Positions 13,364-27,659 of a DNA stretch of 64,000 nt are shown here, one piece after another. Under the pieces are notes generated by a model, which ran no database searches, was not told the origin of the DNA, and saw only the letters and a program-made list of their open reading frames with translations. Source of the DNA: Eledone cirrhosa (lineage: Eukaryota); assembly GCA_964016885.1 (NCBI GenBank), contig OZ024747.1, forward strand, positions 58,156,001-58,220,000, in the 5' to 3' direction. Both the position numbers and the translations under genes were made by a program. The first letter of the stretch is position 1. Every line of letters starts with the position of its first letter.

Positions 13364-13673
13364 TTACTTATAAATCATTATATCAAGAATATCATACCAA
13401 GAATATAAACAGTAGCACAGAGCATGCACTTAGGTGAGATAATTGTCTAGTGATAGCATACATATAGGTGTTATACATTATAAACATTATAAGATGTATT
13501 AGTTATAGGCAAAGATATTAATGCAACACATTTCAGAAAGTTTATGTAGAAAATGTTAATATCTATAGATATGACGTGTGTAAGCATTAAGTATAGAATT
13601 GTAAAGTTCAAACAAATATAGAAAACAAACATGTAATCCCAAAGTATGGATTTTAAGGTCCTTGTTATTTAAT

Positions 13674-13707
<34 letters not shown>

Positions 13708-13796
13708 CGAGAGAGAGAGAGAGAGAGAGGAAGAGAGAGAGAGAGTGAGTGGGAGAGATATGTTGAAACCTTATACAGTTGAACTCATTCTACAAA

Positions 13797-13983
13797 TAAT
13801 TGTTTCTACGTTAGGCACAAGGCCAGCAATTATCCCAGTGTATTACTGGTACTTTATTTTATCGACCCCGTAAGGATGAAAGGCAAAGTTAACCTCGGCG
13901 GGATTTGAACTCAGACTGTAAAGGGACGTAACTATGCTAGAAAGCATGGCGTCCAACCCTCTACCGATACTGCCAATTCACCT
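13797..13983 (-). mobile_element. tRNA-derived SINE
   Basis: Family consensus; flanking direct repeat TCTACAAATAAT. Confidence 0.85.
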
Positions 13984-14368
13984 CTACAAATAATACCCGG
14001 CTTTCATTCCACAATGCTCTCCTAGAACGGTCGGAAAAACAGTTCGCCAATATAACTTAGCTCTTAGTGCCTCCCTCGGAGTATTTATATTACTCCTTAC
14101 TTCTCGATACGGAGAATTAGTTACAGTAACTTAAAAACATTTGCAGTGAACCACAGCTACTGTTGTTTCTATTTAGTTTATCTGAATGTTTGTTGTCTAT
14201 GCGAAATGAATATCGAAAATTACAGAAACATGTTTGGAAACGGTTAGATACAAATGATTTAATGAAGAGGTGTATGTTGGTGCTTTTGTAAAAATATTTA
14301 ACAGATATTAAACTAATGTATATTCAATTCTTGTTAAATGTATCGCCTCAACTTTTTTTTATAATGTA

Positions 14369-14701
14369 CTAGCTGAGCTACCCGGTGATACCCGAGCATT
14401 TTATGAAAGTTACAATATATTTGGCACACATTACAAGATATTTGACCATTCATATATGATTGCTGAATTTTAACCAAAGTAGGAATTATAGCAGAATATT
14501 TATTGCCGTTTGGTCAAAGCATTATATATCTAGATAAAAATATTAGCTTTTTCGAGTGGTGATTTTTTTAATACAGCTCCCTATTACAGTCAGCATATAT
14601 AATGCTTTACTCATAGATGAATCATTAGGTATGTTGTCAGTGAAAAGGGTATGACCCAAAAAATATATTTAGATTTTTTTTATTTATCCTTTTCTTCCTT
14701 A

Positions 14702-14732
<31 letters not shown>

Positions 14733-15209
14733 CAATCTGAACCTCTGAAATTAAAACAACATGTAAAGACTATTTTAAAAACCATAAATAAAATAAGAAA
14801 ATAAATTTAGCATTGGTTTATGTTTGAATGAAGCATACTTACTCATTTCTGTAATTCGGGGAAAGCGTTTTTAAATGTGTACACTGTAGCTTTCATCAAT
14901 ATTTGCCTCTATGCCAGTAGGATCTTGTTTGGGGGAGATTTGTTTTCTATTTCCATTAGCTATTCCAACAGTTACAGTGGCTCACATGACATTCATAGAT
15001 ACATACACACACATTTATGTGTGTCAGATTTGTATGTGATTTGAAATGGATTTTGCTAATGTTTCTAGTAGTTCGAGATATCACACAGAACCATTCCTTT
15101 TTGCTTCATACTACATATATACATACCTGAGAAAAATAAGGTGGGATTGGAAGGAAATTTGGCTGCTATTTCTAACCAACAACGTCCTCACTTATATTAC
15201 TTTATATAG
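14369..15209 (-). mobile_element. Non-autonomous Helitron fused to the 3' end of the RepHel element
   Basis: Minus-strand 3' hairpin CTCGGGTATCACCGGG then CTAG|T at 14369. 5'-like end CTATATAAAGTAATATAAG at about 15209. Confidence 0.6.
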
Positions 15210-18200
15210 CAGAGGTACCCGGGAATGCCTGCATATTCTTCCAAAATAACACCATGCAGTAAATTTGCGGCTCCAGAATTCCTTGCAAACTACATGACTA
15301 AGGAATTAGGATTTGTGTGTATTGTCATTGAAAGTGGAATCACGACATTGCTCATTCCAAAGCCTCTGGATAAACAACATTCTTTATTTTGCCTTGTGGT
15401 GCCACAATGAAGAGACAATCAGGGTTCCCAACCCTTGTTGTACCAACATAGAGTTGACCATGTGAAAAGACAGGATCTGCCAGATTCAACCCAAAGAGTT
15501 TCAATGATTGCCCTTGAGATTTATTAATGGTCATTTCAAAACTGAGCCTGATCGGAAATTGAAGCCTTTGAAATTCAAATGGCAAATCAGTTGGCTTCAG
15601 AGGTATTCTGGGAATGAAACAATTGTCACCAGCAAATTTTCCTGACATGATTGCAACTTCTCGAACATTGGACATCATATTTTTGATGATGAGTCTTGTG
15701 CCATTACAAAGTTTTGGAGGATCCAGATTGCGAAGTAGCATAACCGATGCTCCAGGCTTCAGTATCAGATTGTGTGGAGGAATTCCCGCTTGGTCAAAAA
15801 TTCAGTTGGATAGTTAACAATCTGGTCTTGAGAAGTGATTCTGTCAACTGATTTGTAGCATATTTTCTCTCCCGGTAACATCTCCAGCAGCCTTCTGTTG
15901 ATTTCTTTCACAGCTACATTTTTAGGTATTAAGATTGCTCGTTCACAGAGCCATTTCGGATCATATTGCCTGGTCTGAATGTTTGGAAAGACTCTGGCAG
16001 TCAGTTCTTGTTCTGTGTCAATGATATGGCCGAATGACAACTGAATATGGTCATTGGAGTCCTTTTCAAGAAGTCTATTTCCCAATTTAAGTAGTTGGAT
16101 AGCAAACTCATTGACACCTTCGTCATCAGTTAAGTGCACTCGCATGTTGGTTGAAAGGCTCAGCAGCTGAAAGTGGGGCCAGAGATAGGATGTTTTCAGA
16201 CAGGCATTGATCTGATCAGCTCGAGTCCCTCGAAGAATTACATGCAGAGTTTGTCTGAAATCACCAGCAGGAACCATTGTCACTCCTGCCATTATGCAAC
16301 TATTTTCTCGCAGATCCCTTATCGTCCGGTCCAAAGCTTCAATTGCTCCTTTATGGCTCATAGTAGTTTCATCCCAAATTATCATCTTGCATATTTGCAG
16401 AAGCTTGCACTTGGGTGAGTTCTTTTTGATGTTGCAAAGATTTTGTTCATGCCGTGTGAGATCTATGGGCAGCTTAAACATGGAGTGTGCAGTTCTTCCT
16501 CCATCCAGAAGTGTTGTTGCAATGCCACTTGAAGCCACCAACAGCAAGGGCAATATGTTGCTTTTGGCAAACGTTTGCAAGCAGCAGGTTTATGAGGTAT
16601 GCCTTGCCTGTGCCAGCAGGAGCATCAGTGAAGAAAAGTCATCCCCTGTCATTTTGAATGATTTCGATGATGTTGTGGTAGGCGTATTTCTGGTCATCCA
16701 TCAATCGAGGTTCATTTTCATCCACAAACTTATGCAATGCATGAATATCGTAGCTTGTCTCCTGAAAAAATGTCTTGTGCTACGTCCATTTCTTCATCTG
16801 GCTATGGCATCCCACAGTTACTTAATGTACTATTAATTGTCTGAACTCGATGGGACAGGTCACAGAGAGCTTGATTGTAAATTCTGGGGGTATATTCCAT
16901 ATACATATCACCATGATGTCTTCGGGCTAGGTGTAGATAGTCGTCCAACATATTGTTTTTGTACCCCTGCCAGAGTAGATGGGCTTCATCAATTCCACAT
17001 GCTGTGAGCTTAATAGCAAATAATTGTTTTATTTAACTGGCTACTTGAGTGATTGCTGCTTCTTCTAAGCACTTCTTCCAGTGTCCATTTTCATGCAGGA
17101 GTCCACGCTGTTTACATGCTTCTTGGTATGTTGCGCACTCCCTTCCTCTGAAGCACCTAAGATCCTCAAATGACGTTGGTCCTCAAACAGTATGCAGAAG
17201 TAGCCGTAAATAAAAATATTCTCTGTTGTTTGTTGGGAGGGACATTGTAAAAACGCCCAATAGCATCACTTGACTTGACTTCATGACCTTCCACTAAATT
17301 ACCCTGCTTTCTTCGATTGTAGGTCTTGCAATTGGTCCAGGTGTAGTATGTTGGGACTTCAGCATATAGGAGGGATAGAGCAAATTCATCATTCTGGCAG
17401 AGTTTAAAGAAAGTAGTTAGTGTAGTGACATGTCATGCTTGTGCCAACTGATGAGCCATGATCTCAGTGGAGTACACACTCTGTCCATTTTCCAGATGGA
17501 CTGCGTGGTCGACAACTGTTGGGTGGCGTTGGTGGATATCAAATCCAAAGATGCGCCAGATAGCTTCATTGCTGGAGATGTATCCATCTGTTTGATACCG
17601 TTTGACCTCATCCAGCCGACTATCATTGAGTTCTGTGTCAGTAATAAAGGTAGCCATGTCACTGCCCTTGTTGATATATTTTGTGACATATAGAATTGCC
17701 TTCACGGAGCTGCAATACTCAACATTGATATGAGCTTTTAAAAGTTTACATAATAATTTGTTGTGTGGGACGACCCACTAATTGTTTATCGTCAGCTCCT
17801 CTTCTCGAACTGTTAGGCTTGCAGCATTGCCTCCATGTTCTGGTCTACGCCTACGATAAAGGGGGTATCCATTATTGTCAGTCCGCGTTTCCCGAATAAA
17901 AGCTCTAGGATAATGTTTGCAGCATTTTTTATCTTTCATGCAGGGAGAGGCTGGATTGATGACTCCACATGGACCATGAATGAGTTTGGACTTGATGGTT
18001 TCAAAGAGCTCTCGATCACCACCTTTATCAGGCAACTCTGCTGAAATTATCTTATCAACATCATCTGGTCTTTTCTTCTCCTTGCACCAGATTAGTGTGT
18101 GAGAGTGAGGAAAACCTCTCTTCTGCCACTCAATAGTGGTCATCCAAGCACTAAGCTCACCAAAGATTCTTCCTTCTTTTAGGAGCCAGATGAGTTTTTT

Positions 18201-19812
18201 TTTTTGCTTTTCATGGAAAACCCGAGCAATGAGGTCATGTCGATCCTTTGGTTTTTGATTTTGAAATAATTAATTTGATATTTCTGACCAGTTTGAATTG
18301 CATGTAAATGTAATGAAGCGATCTTGTCCGACCAAACTTTCTGTCATAGGCATTGCATTTTGCATACGTTCATGCATGTAACGCGGTCCTCTCATGAAGC
18401 TTGATGATAGTATGATTGGCTGGCCAATATTTCTTGGGTAACATCAGAATTGATGGCATGTCTAAGGTGGATGTAGTTATCTGCCCTCAACGTAGTTTGA
18501 TTCCTTCGCAGAAAACCCGATCTTTCTGTTTCAATTTTGGCATACACGTCCACCATGAACTGGCTAGTTACTTCTTTGAATCGCAGAACTTGGTTGAAGT
18601 GATCACATACCATGAAATGTTAAGCATAGAATTCTTTGCAGCTGATTTATCGGCCAGTTTCTTGTCCCGTTCCTGGGCTAATCTGCCGTAGCTGAAAATG
18701 TTATCCATTTACCATTCCAAAAGATGAGCGGATATTGGAGTGAATCATAGGTTGTATGAGTTTCACAAATTCGCTCCAAAAGTCCACTTTGTTTTTGCAA
18801 AACAAATAACAGCGGAATTCAATATTTTCAAATAATATATTTTAAAAGGACGGTTTTTTTTGTCTGTTAAATACATACATATATATACAACTTCTATAAA
18901 CGCATCTGTGATTTCTTTAGACATATGTAGAAAATAAGCTTTGATGGTAACATATATCGTCTGCTAAAGAACGCCCCTCCCCCCATAACACACACTTATG
19001 TGTGTGCAAAAATATATATATAAACGCGGACACACGTTAGGTAAAGAATGCCTCCAATCACCCTCCCTCTCTCCTGCATCTTTACTTTTATTTCTCTCTC
19101 CCATCTTTTCTCTTTTCTTATTGTCTTTCTCTCCCCATCTGCCTCACTCCCTTTTTCTTTCTCATCTCCTCTCTTTCTTTCTCTCTCTCATCCTCTACAG
19201 AATAGCGAACAAAAATAAATAAAAGTAAATAACATTGGGAGAGTTAAGAAGTGTGTAAAAATAATAAATAATTAAAAGCTAATGAACGCTGGCTGCTTTC
19301 CCTCTCTCTCTCTCCCATCCCATTACTCTCTATCTTTTTTTTCTTTTTCACATCCCCTTTTTCTCTCCCTCTCCCATCTCCCACTCTCTCTCTTTCTCTC
19401 TCATCCCTTATTCTCTTTCTTTCTCTCTTTCTCACATCCCCTTACTCTCTCTCTCCCATCCACTCACTCTTTCTCTTTCTCTCTGATCCCCTTACTCTCT
19501 TTTCCAACTCCCACTCTCTCTTTCACTTTCATCCCTTACTCTCTCTCTCTTTCTCTCACCCATCTCTCACTCTCTTATCTAGAGAGTGGAGCACATAAAA
19601 AACAAAATGGATGATTCTTTTGATATTCATTAGAAAATAAGATAAATTGAGTTTAAATGAATTCCTTGCTTTGCAAAGTAAAACTTTTTCGACCGTTACC
19701 TGTCCGAGTGTATAGTGAACATGCACATGTAATTTTGAGGAGTTTGGTCCGGTAGTTTGCTAGTTTTAGGCGGACACACAGAATCGTAAACTTGCATTTA
19801 TACATATATAGA
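15207..19812 (-). mobile_element. Helitron, decayed autonomous-type element
   Basis: 5' end A|TCTATATATGTATAAATG at 19812, RepHel coding remnants inside, and a 3'-type end CCCGGGTACCTCTGCTA at about 15207-15223. Confidence 0.85.
15352..18800 (-). pseudogene. Helitron Rep/PIF1-helicase (RepHel), frameshifted
   Basis: HUH motif IEWQKRGFPHSH and Y2 motif YVTKYINKG. PIF1 motifs ASSGIATTLLDGGRTAHSMFKLP, IIWDE, GDFRQ, LRNLDPPKLCNGTRL, QFPIRLSFEMTINKSQGQSL, FSHGQLYV. Split over many ORFs. Confidence 0.92.
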
Positions 19813-20099
19813 TAGACATTTATACATAACAGTATTGAATATTTCCGAACTCTTCACAATTAGCGAAGCCGTAAGGTATCACCTTTGGTACTGGACCCTA
19901 ATATAACCCATCACTCTCCATGTCGAAACACAGCAAACATTTGCCAGTAAAGTAGAAAGTGAAAGTGTGAGAGAGAGCGGAGGAAGAAATATTGATGAAC
20001 ATTTAACACCAGTATTCAACTGGTACTTCATTTGGTTACCTCCTGATGATGAAAGACAAAACGGGTCTGGATCGGTTATGTGCTCCAGGTTACTTCATA

Positions 20100-20425
20100 G
20101 CTCCGATACATTAGGCATGTTGTTAGAATATCTCAGGAAAGAATCGCTGGGCAGCAGATTTTACATGTAAAACCAATCGGCAAATTGCCCAGGGATTGAC
20201 CACAAGTAAGATGGCTGGATAACATGCATGGGCTTCGCTGATCACGCTCGGGGATCCAGCTGGATCAGTTGGAGATGGTTGCTTCTGACAGGGCCTGCTG
20301 GATGGAGTGTTTGAGGACTCTGCCTCCAGCCGGATCAGTTGGAGACAGTTGCTCCTGACAGGACACACTGCCGGAGTGTTTGAGTACTGCCCCAACAACC
20401 CTCTCAGAAATAAGCGGGGGAACAT
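20100..20425 (+). pseudogene. RTE (Expander/Rex3-like) LINE 3' end with duplicated terminal segment
   Basis: HVVRISQERIAGQQILHVKPIGKLPRD*PQVRWLDNMHGL, then IQLDQLEMVASDRACWMECLRTLP. An approximately 70-bp segment beginning CCAGC.GGATCAGTTGGAGA is repeated at about 20256 and 20326. Confidence 0.7.
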
Positions 20426-20988
20426 AAGAATACAAGAAGCTGGAAAGAATACCGGAATACATTCTAACTTACACTTTAACAACTCTACTAGTTCGTCGCT
20501 TCAAAATAAAATGATACTATTCCGTATTCCTTGTGTTACAAAGTTTCCTTCGTTCTTGTCAAATTAACTATATTGTTGTTTTCCATCCAAATAACTTATT
20601 TCTATATACAGTGCTCAGTACAAAACATTACTTGTACCAGAATGACCCGTACAGGAAAGAAATATTTTCTGGCGTAAATCTTATTTACATTTACTTGTAT
20701 TGTTATGTATATTAAAAATGTAAATATCTATTTTCAGAACTATCAACTTTTCTTTTAGTATCATCTAGCACGCATACAACTATAAACATAACAACAAAAA
20801 CTAAATACATCTACAAAATATGTCGTATATACGTATAATATTAAGAAAACATTTTGTATGTATGTATATATTTATGTATGTATGTATGTATCTATCTATC
20901 CAACTTTTATTTTTTATCTAACTAACTATTTATCTATTTATCTATCCATCTCACCTCTCTTTCTTTCTCATTCTGTCTCTCTGTATAT

Positions 20989-21023
<35 letters not shown>

Positions 21024-21092
21024 ACACACACACTCACACCTATACACTCACACACACACACACATACACACACACACACACACATATATATA

Positions 21093-21277
21093 TAACGAAT
21101 TATGGTAAGGAACCAGATGGACCATAACGCACCAGAGTACTCAAATACTTAGGGTAGTAGAGTGGGAAATAGGAAAAAGAATGACCCCGACGGCAGAGCT
21201 CAAACCGTTTCGACGGCTATTTCTGGACTAGTATGAAATAGCCGTCGAAACGGCTTGAGCTCTGCCGTCGGGGTCAT
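21093..21277. mobile_element. Fold-back PLE pLTR remnant (hammerhead family B, 3' half only)
   Basis: Arms 21181-21223 / 21235-21277 contain GAAACGGCTTGAGCTCTGCCGTCGGGG. The left arm extends into the family 3' end also seen at 26050-26140 and 45215-45310. Confidence 0.75.
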
Positions 21278-21281
21278 AATT

Positions 21282-21319
<38 letters not shown>

Positions 21320-22380
21320 ATAAGTATGCATTTATATCTGTGTGCGTGAATGCATCCATATGTATGAATGGATGCATAAGATTCTATTCTCAGTGCATGG
21401 TGTTATTGTATTACAGAGCACACCTCTCTGTGAAGTGTCTAATTGTGTTACATATATGTTTCGGGGGCTAAAACTGGGCAACAGGTGCCAATTTATTAAA
21501 ATTGATTCTTCCCCGTTTCCCCATAGTCCATTGTTGCTTCCTCTGTCCTGCCTTATTATTTCAATGAAAGGCTTTAATTTTGTGTAGAAATAAAGATGCA
21601 CTCAGTTTCCGTTACTCATTTCTCTTTTTTTTTTTTCTTTTTTTTTTCGTGTACTGACCATGTAGGGGTTTTTCTTGGCATCATTTTAACACGTCATTCT
21701 GAAGATCTGTTTTCAATTTAGATATTAAATTTTCTGCCGTTTCTATTGTTAATGTTCTTTTCCATCATTTTTTTTTCATACCTGTCTATCATTTTAGCTT
21801 CGCTTTTGTACTGGTTGGCTTTCTTGAAGACAGTAAACATTATTTTGCTTGACCATGCTTCGGAATTATTTGTGCAAACTTTCCGTAATCCTTCATTAAG
21901 TATTTATGTAGTCCTGCTGTAGATATTCTTTAATAGCTTTCTATTTCCATGAAGACTTTCATGACAAATATAATCTTTCTTCATCTGATTTTGAATGGTG
22001 TATTATAAATGAAATCATTGTTTTTATTGTTGTTCTTGTTAGGGCTGCTAGTCCAATTAATATCTAGTTCAGAATATTAAAACTGTCAGTAAATCATATT
22101 TTGAATTGACAGCGAAATTCGTATTACTTGCATGTTTAGATGCTTATATATTAGATAAGTGTATATATAAATACACATATTGGCGCATGATCGGTTACCC
22201 CTCTGTATGTATAGAGACATAATTTCATCGTACAACTTGGCTGCTAGCGAAATTCTTAATGGAACTAAGTTCTATTGAACATATTTAAACAGAGGCACTA
22301 TTAGCAGACATAGTAAATATGTTTTGATACCTTAACATTATATATATATATTAAGAGAAAGATACAGATATATGTATATA

Positions 22381-22418
<38 letters not shown>

Positions 22419-22839
22419 AGTGTGTTTATATATATATATATGGATGCACAAACAAGAATTGACATTCTTTTATTACACTTGTTGAGCTTAGAACATTTAT
22501 GAAGCAGATAAAGAAGTTAGAAAGAAAGAGATTAATTTGAATCACGTAGGTGTATATGTAGTTGTAATGGTTCTGAATAAAATGAGATGATGACAGTAGT
22601 ATTGTAGAAAAGTAGAATAACATATACTGTATTAAAATAATGTATATGGTCGTTACGATGGCTAAGGTGGCTATGTTGGTTCTGATTGCCATGATGGCTA
22701 TATGATGGTTATGATGAATGTGATTGACGAGGGAAGATGAGAGCCAATCAGAAGGAGGAAATGAGTGTTACAGTGAACACAGAAAATACTCTGACACTAT
22801 TGAAAGAAAAGAATATATATATATATATATATATATACA

Positions 22840-23275
22840 GTCTTCTTCAACACACACATTCACATACATACCTACATACATACGTACATACTTACACGTA
22901 TACATACACACACACACACACACATGCATTCTTACACACATACATACATACACGCATACATACTTACATACACACATACATACATACATACATACATACA
23001 CACATAAATACACACACATACACATCCTTACACACATACATACTTACATACATGCACGTACATACATAGATACACACATACATACATACATACATACACA
23101 GATAAATACACACATACATCCTTACACACATACATACTTACATACATGCACATACATACATACACACACACATACATACTTACATACATGCACATACATA
23201 CATCCATACACACACATTCATATAAACATACATACACACATTTCTACACAATTACATTCCTACTTGCACACATGA
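22840..23275. repeat. (CATA)n/(CA)n compound microsatellite
   Basis: Directly visible. Confidence 0.9.
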
Positions 23276-23557
23276 AGAGATACACACTCAATATAATAAT
23301 AGGTTTTATTAAGACGTCAAGTTGATTTCCTGACGCTATTAAATCGTAATACACTTGATTTTTTCCATTTTAAAATATTTCTCTTTATATATATATATGT
23401 TTGTTAATATGTATGTTTTTTTCTTATATATTAACTTTTAAGTTTAGTACATTCCTTAAGTGCTAATATTAGTTATAATGGATATGTCATACACTAATAA
23501 CAGGTTACAATCACTTGTTACCAGTTTTGGTTTGCTTCGTATACATATATGTATATG

Positions 23558-23688
<131 letters not shown>

Positions 23689-24269
23689 TGTGTATATATA
23701 TATATATATATATATACATATATGTGTGTGTGTGTGTGTGTGTAAATATATATGTGTGTGTCTGTATGTGCATATGGAAGAGCGTGAATGCATCTGTCAC
23801 CTATATTCTGCTACTTTATTCATAAGAGAAATTAAGAATAGAAAAGATGATAAGCCTGGAATGTTCAATAATATTTCACGCTAAGCGATTTTTTTGTAAA
23901 AAAAACGTAAAGATATAATGTATAAGAGAGATAGTAATGTAAACATATTGAAGTATTGCGTTGAATTGAGTAATTTTAAAGTAAAACCGTTGTCGCATTT
24001 GCATTCATTCTTTTAACTGATGTATTACATTGCTGAAACCATAGCTATTGGGTTGGCGGCTTGAAGAAGAGATATCAAGTAGAGCATGCATCGTCTCGTA
24101 ACACATGAGGGGCTCATTGGGACGCTGCATGAGATATGGCATTTTTAAAGCACTTTTAAACCTGGTGGAGACCATCTCCGTTCCAGGTCTTAATACAGCA
24201 GATTTCTTTTTCCGGAAAAGGGTATAGAGTGAGAGAATAGAAGTGTAAAAGATATTGACAGGAAGAATC

Positions 24270-24410
24270 AACCCCAGTAATAGACTGGTACTTTTTTATC
24301 CACCTCGAATGTATAATAGCCAAAGTTATCCTCGGCAAGTTTTTAGCTCGTAGAGCAGAAAGCGAAACAAATGCCGCAAAGCATTTTATACGACGTTCTA
24401 ACGACTCTGT
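24270..24410 (-). mobile_element. Old diverged SINE copy
   Basis: ACTGGTACTTTTTTATC...AAAGTTATCCTCGGC...CTAACGACTCTG aligns loosely to the family. Confidence 0.5.
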
Positions 24411-24523
24411 ATGTGTGTGTATGTGTGTATATATATATATGTGTGTTTCTGTGTGTGTATATGTGAGTATATGTGTATGAGTGTTTATATATGAGTTGGT
24501 GTACATGTATGAGAAGTGTACAT

Positions 24524-24599
<76 letters not shown>

Positions 24600-24799
24600 G
24601 TGGGTATATGTGGGTATAGGTGTGTACCTGTAGATTTAGATATGTATGGATATATGTGTATATGTGCACATGTGTAAATGTGTATTTAGGTTTGCATCTA
24701 TTTGTGCGTATGTAGATTTTTGGTTGGATATCAATATAACTGTACCTCTCTATATATAGTGTGGATATATGCACTTTGTAATCTATGAAATTTATGTGC

Positions 24800-26140
24800 T
24801 TTAACTATGCCAACAAGTATTTATCTGAGTTTTATTATTTATACATAAACATACTTGATAGTTTTTTAGAGCGTATCATATACTAAGTGCAATTTACCAT
24901 ACCGTACTATATTGTGTTGGTTATGTTGTATATTATCGCATTACTGTATTTCATTATCTTATTATAATTTTCATCTTTTAATATACTATCTTTCCTAGCC
25001 ATAACCTTAATTTATATTCACCTAAAAACTCAATACAACACTAATCACCATTTATTTTTACATTCCTTTTAAACTTCACTATACCAGATACATTCAACTA
25101 TCAGTTTGACAATCCCTTTCCTCCTAATAGATTGTTATACCAATTCTACTATTAACACCATTCAACCATTCCTTTCAAAAGGTTATGACCTCAACTAAAG
25201 TGTATTACTAAAGGTTTACTAAATAATAAAGGTTTCTACCCCAAATAATAAAGGTTTACTAAATAATAAAGGTTTCTACCCCAAACAGTTAGCACCAGTA
25301 TTGTTTTGCGGGACCCAGAATTATATTCTCGTACTAGTTTACTTTCTTGCACTGGGTGGTTGCTGGCCCTGTGTTTGGGGTAGAAACCTTTATTATTTTC
25401 GTGGTAGTCTCTTTAGTATTCTGGCCCCCCTTTTGTTGACCCGTCACCGTACGATACACGCACTTATACCTCGTATAAGGGTCCCTTTATTTCCGTCCCA
25501 CCTAGTTTTGTTTTCTATTATTATAATTTATTTTTTTATTCTACATGATATATATATTTTAAAATTTATTTATCTATTCTTTTATTCACTTATTTGTTTA
25601 TTTATTTTTTTATGTATTTCTTCAGCCTAGCAATAGCGAGAGACTTAAGTCTTAGTAACCAGATTTTGCTTATATTTTTTTTCTCTCTCAGTACCTTTTA
25701 CAGTTTTACCTTTCTTGTTCTACTTACCGTTTCGACCACCTCCCCCTCCCCCTCCTCAGTATCCCCTTTGACCTCACACCCAGCTGTAGCTGGCACTACC
25801 AACGCACGAAAGGGTCTACTCCACCCCCTCTCCCCTTTTCTCCTACTGGCAGGTTTAGTTACCCCTTCCCCCACCAACTTGCTATCACAGATTTACTACT
25901 AACTTGTGATGTGACCAATCCTGGTGATTATCTCTTTGACCATATATAGAATTACCCCTTGATAAGTTCGGCTATTTAAATACCAGAATTAATTTTTCAT
26001 TCAGTACAGAATTAGCCGTCGAAACGGCTTGAGCTCAGCCGTCGGGGACTTACTTGTTCCTATTACCCACTCTACTACCCTAAGTATTGAGTATTTCGGT
26101 GCGTTATGGTCCACCAGGTTCCTTACCACATTTCCTTCTT
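24800..26140 (+). mobile_element. PLE pseudo-LTR, family B
   Basis: About 25290-26140 is homologous to about 44480-45310. Contains a hammerhead and ends in an AT microsatellite. 25205-25297 holds inverted copies of about 25360-25400. The left boundary is uncertain. Confidence 0.65.
25955..26047 (+). ncRNA. Type I hammerhead ribozyme, U3-A8 core variant
   Basis: CCCC-TTGATAA-GttCGGCTA...TAGCCGtC-GAAA-CGGCT-tgagctc-AGCCG-TC-GGGG. Predicted cleavage after C26043. Confidence 0.7.
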
Positions 26141-26144
26141 TATA

Positions 26145-26250
26145 TTATATATATATATATATATTATATATAAATATATATATATTTTATATATAAATAA
26201 ATATATATATATTTATTTATATATATATATATATTATATATATATATATA

Positions 26251-26301
<51 letters not shown>

Positions 26302-26529
26302 TTATATATATATATTTATTTATATATTACATATATATATATATTTATTTATATATTACATATATATATATATTTATTTATATATAACATATATATATAT
26401 ATATTTATTTATATATAATATATATATATATATATTTATTTATATATAAAATATATATATATTTATATATATAAAATATATATATGTATATATATATAAT
26501 ATATATATATATATTTATTTATATATAAC

Positions 26530-26592
<63 letters not shown>

Positions 26593-26847
26593 TATATATA
26601 AATATATATATATTTTATATATAAATAAATATATATATATATATAAATATATATATATTTTATATATAAATAAATATATATATATATAAATATATATATA
26701 TTTTATATATAAATAAATATATATATATAAATGTATATATATTTATTTATATATATATATATTTATTTATATATATATATATTTATTTATATATATATAT
26801 ATTTATTTATTTATATATATATATATATTTATTTATATATATATATA

Positions 26848-26888
<41 letters not shown>

Positions 26889-26923
26889 TTATATATATAT
26901 ATATTTATTTATATATATATATA

Positions 26924-26964
<41 letters not shown>

Positions 26965-27022
26965 TTATATATATATATATTTATTTATTTATATATATAT
27001 ATATATATTTATTTATTTATAT

Positions 27023-27067
<45 letters not shown>

Positions 27068-27108
27068 TATATATATATAAATAAATAAATATATATATAT
27101 ATAAATAA

Positions 27109-27143
<35 letters not shown>

Positions 27144-27182
27144 TATATATATATATAAATAAATATGTATATATATAAATAA

Positions 27183-27217
<35 letters not shown>

Positions 27218-27265
27218 TATATATATATTTATTTATATATTTATTTATTTATATATATATTTATA

Positions 27266-27334
<69 letters not shown>
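26145..27334. repeat. About 1.2-kb almost pure A/T microsatellite expanse
   Basis: (TA)n interrupted by TTTA/TAAA units, with very few G or C bases. Confidence 0.95.
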
Positions 27335-27336
<2 letters not shown>

Positions 27337-27521
27337 GGTGTATCAGTTTTAAATTATAAAGATAAGCCAGTGTTTACAGTCTTGCTTTTCATCTTCAATA
27401 GCATACATGAGTGGGACGACACTGTCAAAGCTAAATAGTTGTTGAGTTAATACAGAGGTTAACGAAGTAATATACGCATATATTTACACACACACACACA
27501 CACACACATACACACACACAC

Positions 27522-27558
<37 letters not shown>

Positions 27559-27615
27559 CACACACACACACGCACACACACACACACAACACACACACAC
27601 ATACACACACACACT

Positions 27616-27659
<44 letters not shown>

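Noticed and set aside
21181-21277. CRISPR-like or terminator-like palindromic repeats
   Set aside because: Eukaryotic context with no repeat-spacer periodicity; explained by the PLE fold-back.
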